Below, piece by piece: positions 1 to 3,904 of a stretch of DNA of 5,651 bases. The DNA is from a virus. How positions within the stretch are numbered: position 1 is the stretch's first letter; every line of letters starts with the position of its first letter. Both the position numbers and the translations under genes were made by a program. The notes under the pieces were generated by a model that was not told the DNA's origin, made no database searches, and saw nothing but the letters and a program-made list of their open reading frames with translations. The stretch is taken from IMG/VR virus record IMGVR_UViG_3300045988_005604, positions 1 to 5,651 of that record. One strand, given 5' to 3'.

Positions 1-55
1 AATCGGCAGCGCACTACTCGGAATCGGCAAACAACTACTTCCAACAATCGCCGGA
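1..55. repeat. Terminal direct repeat, copy 1 (identical to 5597-5651); overlap of a circular genome, unit length 5,596 nt
   Basis: Base-by-base comparison: nt 1-55 (aatcggcagcgcactactcggaatcggcaaacaactacttccaacaatcgccgga) equal nt 5597-5651. The repeat lies inside an open reading frame that continues across the junction. Confidence 0.95.
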
Positions 56-835
56 GGACTCATAAACAAATTCCTAGGCGGGAATCTGATGGAAAGCAAT
101 GGAGGGAGCAGTCAGCACAACGAGAGTTCGAGCCAAGGAGGCGGATACAGCAGCGCCGCCAGCGGCGTAAACCGAGAGCAAAATCTGCAAGACTGGAACA
201 GTATGCTAGGGGCAATTCAAAGCAATATGCAAAGCCAGCAGAAGTTTAACCGTAAAAGCATGTTCGAGCAAATGGGCTATAACACCATGGCGGCAATCAC
301 TCAGGGTGTATATAACCAGATAAGTAACAACGCGGCGATGTCCTACAACAGCGCGCAGGCAGCCAAAAACAGAGCTTGGCAAGAGCAAATGAGCAATACA
401 GCTTATCAACGAGCTGTGGAAGATATGCGAAAAGCAGGCATCAACCCTATCTTAGCATATCAACAAGGCGGTGCGAGCACGCCAGGAGGCGCACAAGGCA
501 CTATCAGCGGGGCAAGTATGGGTCTCGCAAGCAGCAGTGCCGCAAATGCAAGCGCTCTCGGAGTAAGCCAGAACCACAACAACACATGGAGCAAAAGTGA
601 AAGCAACTGGTACAACGCCGCACAAGCAGTTGGAGACGCTACAAGCTGGTCGCACACAAGCGCAGACAAAGCGTTTAATGCATTCAAGGACGTCTTCAAC
701 GACCTCAGCAACCTAAACGGTGGCGTCGGCGGAGGTGCAGGGAGAAAACCGACCAAAGATGAACTCCAATACAAACCAGGAAGAGACTTTATCGGAAGCA
801 AAAACGTCGAATTTTGGAAAGGAAAAATTAAATAA
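1..835 (+). CDS. VP2: DNA pilot / minor capsid protein VP2, main part; the CDS starts at ATG 5583 and wraps across the circular junction (5583..5596 + 1..835, 282 aa)
   Basis: The frame is open from the window edge, with codons in register from nt 2 (IGSALLGIGKQLLPTIAGGLINKFLGGNL, then MESNGG...). Stop is TAA 833-835. The same frame begins at ATG 5583 (MGLAAIGSALLG...). It has a hydrophobic Gly/Ala/Leu N-terminus and a Gly/Ser/Ala/Asn/Gln-rich body. The motif MSNTAYQRAVEDMRKAGINPILAY (nt 389-460) is characteristic of gokushovirus VP2. The ATG at 89 in the ORF track is an internal Met. Confidence 0.9.
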   Translation, partial: IGSALLGIGKQLLPTIAGGLINKFLGGNLMESNGGSSQHNESSSQGGGYSSAASGVNREQNLQDWNSMLGAIQSNMQSQQKFNRKSMFEQMGYNTMAAITQGVYNQISNNAAMSYNSAQAAKNRAWQEQMSNTAYQRAVEDMRKAGINPILAYQQGGASTPGGAQGTISGASMGLASSSAANASALGVSQNHNNTWSKSESNWYNAAQAVGDATSWSHTSADKAFNAFKDVFNDLSNLNGGVGGGAGRKPTKDELQYKPGRDFIGSKNVEFWKGKIK

Positions 836-1855
836 ATGGGATGCAATAAACCGTTAATCCGGTTTTATGTACCTCATAACAGGGAGGCGAGCGGGCGAGT
901 GTACTCGCTCGCTTCTTTTAACGAGATACATAAGACCAAAATGAAGTATGAAGACCTGATGCGCCGCAAAGATGTAATGATGATACCGTGCGGACAATGC
1001 ACAGGATGCAAACTACGCAAACGCAAAGACTGGGCTACACGAATGGAGCTAGAAGCATACGGCCACAACAAGAAAAGCATCTGGTTTATCACGTTAACCT
1101 ATGATGACGACCATGTGCCAACACAGGACACGAAAACAGGGGAAATCTTCAAAGGAGGCGTGAACGTATGGAGAGGCGCCTCAGAGCGTCCCAGAACGGT
1201 GCAAACTTTAAGCGTAGAGGATGTCCAGTTATTCATAAAAAGGCTTAGAAAGGCCGTCAACGAGCCTCTCAGGTACTTTCTGGCAGGAGAGTACGGAGAT
1301 AACACCTCAAGACCACACTATCACATGATACTTTACGGGTGGTATCCAGACGACTTAAAGCCGATTCACAGACTGTCAAAGTTTGGACACTACACGAGCG
1401 ATAAACTGGTCAAAGTCTGGGGGCAAGGCACAGTTGATATAGCTCAAGCAACGCCGGAAACGTACAACTATGTAGCTGGGTATGTGACCAAGAAGCTATA
1501 CGGAAACGACAGAGACAGGTATAGGAAGATGGGGCTCATACCGCCATTCTGCGTGATGAGCCGAAAACCAGGACTTGGAGATACATGGTTTCAAGAAAAC
1601 CAGGAGCGACTCTGGCAGCAGGGATACATCCAGCTGACAAACGGCAAGAGAGCAGCCATTCCAGAGTATTATTGGCGAAAACTAGAAGCTGAAAATCCTG
1701 AAAAGGCGTGGAGAATCAAAAAGTACCGGCAAGAAAAAGCCATCGCATCCCTAATCGAAAGAAACATGGAAACTGACAAACAGTATGCCGAGCAACTGGC
1801 CGATAAAGAAGCAATCATGAAGAAGAAGATGTCTAAAGCAAAGGGCGTTTTTTAG
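836..1855 (+). CDS. VP4: Replication initiation protein VP4 (HUH rolling-circle endonuclease), 339 aa
   Basis: The ATG directly abuts the VP2 stop (TAAATG). RCR motif I is FITLTY (1085-1102). The HUH motif is RPHYHMILYG (HYH at 1316-1324). The catalytic Tyr motif is YVAGYVTKK (1469-1495). An N-terminal Cys cluster PCGQCTGC (989-1009) is typical of gokushovirus Rep proteins. Confidence 0.95.
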   Translation: MGCNKPLIRFYVPHNREASGRVYSLASFNEIHKTKMKYEDLMRRKDVMMIPCGQCTGCKLRKRKDWATRMELEAYGHNKKSIWFITLTYDDDHVPTQDTKTGEIFKGGVNVWRGASERPRTVQTLSVEDVQLFIKRLRKAVNEPLRYFLAGEYGDNTSRPHYHMILYGWYPDDLKPIHRLSKFGHYTSDKLVKVWGQGTVDIAQATPETYNYVAGYVTKKLYGNDRDRYRKMGLIPPFCVMSRKPGLGDTWFQENQERLWQQGYIQLTNGKRAAIPEYYWRKLEAENPEKAWRIKKYRQEKAIASLIERNMETDKQYAEQLADKEAIMKKKMSKAKGVF

Positions 1856-1864
1856 CTCTGGTGT

Positions 1865-1913
1865 CACTCAGCCAAGTAACTATCAAGTATAGATACTTGG
1901 CTGAGTGTTTTTT
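1865..1913 (+). terminator. Rho-independent terminator after VP4
   Basis: A perfect 14-bp stem pairs cactcagccaagta (1865-1878) with tacttggctgagtg (1894-1907). The loop can add 4 more pairs (ctat 1880-1883 with atag 1889-1892). TTTTTT (1908-1913) follows immediately, 10 nt after the VP4 stop. Confidence 0.8.
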
Positions 1914-1923
1914 ACGTTTATCA

Positions 1924-1966
1924 ACACGCGCGCGCACGCGCGCATAATTGCGCACGTACACGCACG
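1924..1966. repeat. Alternating purine-pyrimidine CG/CA tract with three CGCACG copies; Z-DNA-prone and hairpin-prone in ssDNA
   Basis: Perfect Pu/Py alternation runs over 1924-1946 (23 nt, acacgcgcgcgcacgcgcgcata) and 1949-1966 (18 nt, tgcgcacgtacacgcacg). CGCACG occurs at 1933, 1951 and 1961. Self-complementary CGCGCG blocks can fold on the single-stranded virion DNA. Confidence 0.85.
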
Positions 1967-2010
1967 ATTTTTATTATATTATTATTTATTTGTTGTAGTC
2001 GTAGTAGTAG
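1967..2010 (+). promoter_or_regulatory. A/T-only tract (1967-1991) followed by an in-register trinucleotide run TTG TTG TAG TCG TAG TAG TAG (1990-2010); candidate DNA-unwinding element plus DnaA-trio-like run
   Basis: 25 consecutive A/T bases are followed by four 5'-TAG-3' triplets in one register (1996, 2002, 2005, 2008), with one TCG interruption. GGAG and two tandem box-like 8-mers follow. The functional call is an inference by analogy with bacterial oriC. Confidence 0.4.
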
Positions 2011-2088
2011 GGAGTGTTGAAATGTTGAATACTATGAATTTCCATCCTTGGAACGATATTTTTTTGCTAATTTTAATGTTGATAATTT

Positions 2089-2097
2089 TGTGGATAA
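2089..2097 (-). promoter_or_regulatory. Perfect consensus DnaA box (TTATCCACA on the - strand; TGTGGATAA on +)
   Basis: Exact 9/9 match to the canonical DnaA box. The expected count in this genome is about 0.04 under uniform composition. It sits within the iteron array, 12 nt after the one-mismatch copy TGTTGATAA (2077-2085). Actual binding is untested. Confidence 0.55.
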
Positions 2098-2152
2098 CTT
2101 GTTGAATTGTTGAAAGTGTAGCAATATGCACAAAACCATTTGTGCAACTTTT

Positions 2153-2161
2153 TGTGGAAAA
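2153..2161 (-). promoter_or_regulatory. Second DnaA-box match (TTTTCCACA, fits the relaxed consensus TTWTNCACA)
   Basis: TGTGGAAAA on the + strand, in the same orientation as the box at 2089. A further one-mismatch box, ATATGCACA, lies on the + strand at 2124-2132. Confidence 0.4.
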
Positions 2162-2229
2162 CCTGTTGAAAGTGTTGAAAGTGTTGAAAATGTAACTAGA
2201 GGCAGTTCGGCAGCTAGCCGGAAAGTCAC

Positions 2230-2269
2230 GTCATGCTCTTCGTACGGCGCACCGCGCCTAGCGCATGAC
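2230..2269 (+). other. Compound GC-rich stem-loop in the non-coding region
   Basis: The outer 7-bp stem pairs gtcatgc (2230-2236) with gcatgac (2263-2269). The inner 5-bp stem pairs ggcgc (2246-2250) with gcgcc (2254-2258) around a 3-nt loop. No T-run follows, so it is not a classic terminator. Confidence 0.5.
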
Positions 2270-2278
2270 CTTCAATGC

Positions 2279-2322
2279 AAAATTCTTCTAAATTTCTTCA
2301 AAAAATCTTGAAAAAATCTTGA
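2279..2322. promoter_or_regulatory. Helically phased A-tracts and an 11-bp perfect tandem repeat (aaaaatcttga x2) upstream of promoter P1; curved-DNA / UP-element-like
   Basis: A-tracts start at 2279, 2290, 2300 and 2311, a spacing of 11, 10 and 11 bp. The tandem repeat is 2301-2311 and 2312-2322, and its second copy supplies the -35 TTGAC. Confidence 0.6.
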
Positions 2323-2347
2323 CTTTTTTCTAAAAATATGGTACAAT
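2319..2347 (+). promoter_or_regulatory. Promoter P1 (sigma70/sigmaA type, extended -10)
   Basis: -35 is TTGACT (2319-2324), followed by a 17-nt spacer. The TG of the extended -10 is at 2339-2340, and -10 is TACAAT (2342-2347). It lies about 30 nt upstream of the SD and ATG of the 61-aa ORF. Confidence 0.7.
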
Positions 2348-2375
2348 AAAATCACAGAAAGGAAAGGTGAATATC

Positions 2376-2561
2376 ATGGTACACTGCTACGAGATTCAAA
2401 GATTTGAAGAAAACGGAGACATAAATATTGTCCAATGGCTTAAGGAAGAACCGAAAGTCGCAAAACAAAAGCTTAAAGAATACGCAGAAAAAAATCCCGG
2501 CATATACTCGCTATACCAAGTTAAATACACGGCAAGCTGTTTCACGGTAAATGAAACTTGA
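2376..2561 (+). CDS. Hypothetical small protein, 61 aa (MVHCYEIQRFEENGDINIVQWLKEEPKVAKQKLKEYAEKNPGIYSLYQVKYTASCFTVNET)
   Basis: ATG 2376 is preceded by the SD-like aaaggaaaggtga (aggtga 2365-2370, 5-nt spacer), directly downstream of P1. The GTG at 2367 in the ORF track lies inside the SD and is less likely. No family is recognisable by eye. Confidence 0.6.
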   Translation: MVHCYEIQRFEENGDINIVQWLKEEPKVAKQKLKEYAEKNPGIYSLYQVKYTASCFTVNET

Positions 2562-2586
2562 CAAACCCTTTTTCCTTTGGTATAAC
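2558..2586 (+). promoter_or_regulatory. Promoter P2 (sigma70/sigmaA type, extended -10)
   Basis: -35 is TTGACA (2558-2563, overlapping the TGA stop of the 61-aa ORF), followed by a 17-nt spacer. TG is at 2578-2579 and -10 is TATAAC (2581-2586). Confidence 0.7.
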
Positions 2587-2666
2587 GTAAATAGTCAAGC
2601 AGCGCAGAAATGTGTTCAACAAACTCTGTTTATACAAAAATAACTTTATGAAAGAGGTGAACTGCC

Positions 2667-2771
2667 CTGACTCTCCAAGAAATCAAGACGCTGTTTGAAA
2701 ACATTCAGAAAATCCTGGCAATGCTGGACAAAATTTACCATGCAGTGACAGGCAACGATCCGGAGGCTTAA
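2667..2771 (+). CDS. Possible 34-codon ORF with a non-canonical CTG start (LTLQEIKTLFENIQKILAMLDKIYHAVTGNDPEA); speculative
   Basis: A near-perfect SD, GAGGTGA (2654-2660), sits 6 nt upstream of CTG 2667. The frame opens just after TGA 2658-2660 and ends at TAA 2769-2771, 1 nt before the next ATG. The only in-frame ATG (2721) has no SD. Confidence 0.2.
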   Translation: MTLQEIKTLFENIQKILAMLDKIYHAVTGNDPEA

Positions 2772-2772
2772 C

Positions 2773-3000
2773 ATGGAGAACAAACCTTGGAATGTAAGAG
2801 ACCAGACCGACGAGAACCTTATGCGGGAATTGACGAAAATCTACAAGGCAATAGACGCCACTTACAGTATGCTCAGAAAGGCCGCAACAATCGAAGACGC
2901 AAAATATTACGTTGACCTTGTGTTTCGCAAGAAGGCGGCAGCAAACAACATTGAGCTGGAAATTCTTAGGAGGGACATCAACCATGGCAAAGAGGAGTAA
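2773..3000 (+). CDS. Hypothetical protein, 75 aa, predicted helical and charged
   Basis: ATG 2773 has the SD GGAGG (2762-2766) with a 6-nt spacer. Its end overlaps the next gene by 17 nt, a compact arrangement typical of microviruses. No family is recognisable by eye. Confidence 0.6.
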   Translation: MENKPWNVRDQTDENLMRELTKIYKAIDATYSMLRKAATIEDAKYYVDLVFRKKAAANNIELEILRRDINHGKEE

Positions 3001-3103
3001 AGTGCGAAAATCCAAAGACGCAAAAATCTACAACAAGACCGCACGCAAGACCAAAGCCATTAACCTTAGCGGCGGCGCAATGAGAGGGGGCATCCGGCTG
3101 TGA
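2984..3103 (+). CDS. Small basic DNA-binding / packaging protein (phiX174 J-like, gokushovirus ORF8/VP8-like), 39 aa
   Basis: The sequence is MAKRSKVRKSKDAKIYNKTARKTKAINLSGGAMRGGIRL. 13 of 39 residues are K/R. The C-terminal MRGGIRL is, as I recall it, the conserved end of these gokushovirus proteins. SD AGGAGG (2968-2973) lies 10 nt upstream of ATG 2984. The longer ORF-track start at 2912 is unlikely. Confidence 0.8.
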   Translation: MAKRSKVRKSKDAKIYNKTARKTKAINLSGGAMRGGIRL

Positions 3104-3126
3104 GCACAGTATACGCAGGAGTAACA

Positions 3127-3198
3127 ATGGCGTGCATTGCGGCAGGCTTTGTCTTCATCGTCTTCGCAATCGACATCATCAAAGAATGGTTTAAATAA
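3127..3198 (+). CDS. Tiny hydrophobic (single transmembrane helix) peptide, 23 aa, or 32 aa from GTG 3100
   Basis: The sequence is MACIAAGFVFIVFAIDIIKEWFK. SD AGGAG (3117-3121) lies 5 nt before ATG 3127. An alternative in-frame GTG at 3100 overlaps the preceding stop as GTGA and has the G-rich SD gagggggg upstream, giving VSTVYAGVTMAC.... It fills the gap between two well-supported genes. Confidence 0.4.
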   Translation: MACIAAGFVFIVFAIDIIKEWFK

Positions 3199-3210
3199 GG
3201 AGAAAACCAT

Positions 3211-3447
3211 ATGAACGTATACGGAATTTTCGATAACTGCGTGATGGGCTATATCACCATCTTCACGGAACGTGACAACAAGGTGGCCGAACGCAATTTC
3301 AAAATCGCGCTGACTGATGAACGGAACATCATGAGCAAGACTCCGAGCGACTACCGGCTGGTAAAGCTGGCAAAGTTTGACGAGAAAACGGGTCTGTTTG
3401 AGAACGAAAAGGAGAACATCTACGATGGCGTATCGCTCGGTAAGTAA
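3211..3447 (+). CDS. VP5: VP5-like non-structural protein (ORF5 family, proposed role in ssDNA synthesis/packaging), 78 aa
   Basis: SD AAGGAG (3197-3202) lies 8 nt before ATG 3211. The pattern YGIFD...I.F...D.VAERNF....P.DY.LVKLAKFDEKTG matches my recollection of the conserved gokushovirus ORF5/VP5 signature. Its position directly upstream of VP3 and VP1 fits. Confidence 0.65.
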   Translation: MNVYGIFDNCVMGYITIFTERDNKVAERNFKIALTDERNIMSKTPSDYRLVKLAKFDEKTGLFENEKENIYDGVSLGK

Positions 3448-3904
3448 CTTCAGAGAGACTGCAACAGCAAAGCCCACAGAGGCCGGAGAGACCATCAGAC
3501 GGACATACCTTTGGCAGCTCAACGAGAAGGGCGAAAAGGTACTGACGCTTGACCAAATCATCGACCAGCAGGCGGAAATCGACAGCTATCTAGAAGAGAC
3601 CAAGCTTGAAAACATCATCCGCCGAACATCCATCGACCCTGACCTTGCGGCTAGACTGGTGCCAGACATAGGTGGCGGGCTTCAGGACGCAACTGAGATG
3701 CCGGAGAATCTTATGGAACTTCAGAACATCATGCTCCGGGCAGAGCAAATCTGGGATGAAATCCCAAAGGAAATCAAGCTCAAGTTTGATAATGACGTTG
3801 ACAAGTTCGTTGCAAGCTTTGGCACTATCGACTGGGCAAAAAAACTGGGCATCTATCAGGAAGAAGAGCTTGAAGAGCCTAAAAAGGAGGAAACCACTGA
3901 ATGA
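3425..3904 (+). CDS. VP3: Internal scaffolding protein VP3, 159 aa
   Basis: ATG 3425 has SD AAGGAG (3409-3414) and overlaps the end of VP5 by 23 nt. The acidic protein carries EMPENLMELQNIMLRAEQIWDEIPKEIKLKFDNDVDKFVASF, which resembles the gokushovirus scaffold motif (...P..I...F.N....F). Its stop overlaps the VP1 start as ATGA (3901-3904). The ORF-track start at 3377 lacks an SD. Confidence 0.8.
   Translation: MAYRSVSNFRETATAKPTEAGETIRRTYLWQLNEKGEKVLTLDQIIDQQAEIDSYLEETKLENIIRRTSIDPDLAARLVPDIGGGLQDATEMPENLMELQNIMLRAEQIWDEIPKEIKLKFDNDVDKFVASFGTIDWAKKLGIYQEEELEEPKKEETTE

Larger units (their letters stand above)
2015..2190 (+). repeat. Iteron array: seven exact same-strand TGTTGAA copies plus related TGTTGATAA / TGTGGATAA / TGTGCAA / TGTGGAA units; includes a 3x tandem 9-mer TGTTGAAAG/A (2164-2190)
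   Basis: TGTTGAA is found at 2015, 2023, 2100, 2108, 2164, 2173 and 2182. TGTTGATAA is at 2077-2085. Inverted copies are TTATCAACA at 1918-1926 and TTCAACA at 2615-2621. Under uniform base composition a given 7-mer is expected about 0.7 times in 5.6 kb on both strands, so seven copies in about 175 nt is far from chance. Confidence 0.9.

Noticed and set aside
376-600. Arg/Lys-rich 74-aa alternative-frame + ORF inside VP2 (and a similar 85-aa ORF at 3672-3929 inside VP3)
   Set aside because: Microviruses are known for overlapping genes, so I checked these. Both begin at non-ATG codons (TTG 376, GTG 3672) without an SD. The basic composition is what a shifted frame of GCA/AGC/CAA-rich coding sequence would produce.
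460-846. Minus-strand ORFs antisense to VP2, VP4, VP3/VP5 and VP1 (e.g. 460-846, 874-1092, 3028-3561, 4210-4560, 4684-5253)
   Set aside because: Each lies entirely inside a well-supported + strand gene. The longest (4684-5253) begins with TTG and I see no SD. All known Microviridae transcribe one strand only. I did not inspect the start context of every one in detail.
1937-1964. Full 28-bp XerCD dif-like site
   Set aside because: Only the XerC-arm half (CGCGCGCATAA) resembles dif. The position where the XerD arm should lie (ACGTACACGCA) does not match TTATGTTAAAT. I kept it as a weak note in a finding and did not call it as a feature.
2096-2101. AACTTG resembling the phiX174 origin core (CAACTTG/ATATTAATAAC)
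   Set aside because: Only 6 nt match and the flanking sequence differs. A 6-mer is expected a few times by chance in 5.6 kb.
1905-2105. 66-aa + strand ORF (MFFTFINTRAHARII...VVVVVVGS...)
   Set aside because: Its GTG start lies inside the terminator stem and it has no SD. Its translation is low-complexity read-through of the CG tract, the A/T tract, the GTA/TAG repeats and the iterons. This is best explained as non-coding DNA.
2164-2190. Tandem 9-bp repeat as a possible CRISPR or minisatellite
   Set aside because: The repeats are only 9 bp and directly adjacent with no spacers, so this is not a CRISPR array. I treat it as part of the iteron array.
2032-2229. 65-aa minus-strand ORF across the iteron array
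   Set aside because: It is antisense to a repeat region with no recognisable signals. Microviridae genes are co-directional.
2190-2280. Possible tRNA or small RNA (contains a GTTCG-like motif and hairpins)
   Set aside because: I could not fold a cloverleaf. There is no acceptor/T-arm geometry and no terminator after the hairpin.
2126-2311. 61-aa + strand ORF (MHKTICATFCGKPVESVESVEN...)
   Set aside because: It has no SD or promoter. The VESVESVEN segment is just the translated 9-bp tandem iteron. The ORF runs through the GC hairpin and ends inside the A-tract/promoter region.
2648-2698. 16-codon ATG ORF (MKEVNCPDSPRNQDAV)
   Set aside because: There is no SD upstream, and the SD-like GAGGTGA lies inside it. 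It is too short to support on its own.
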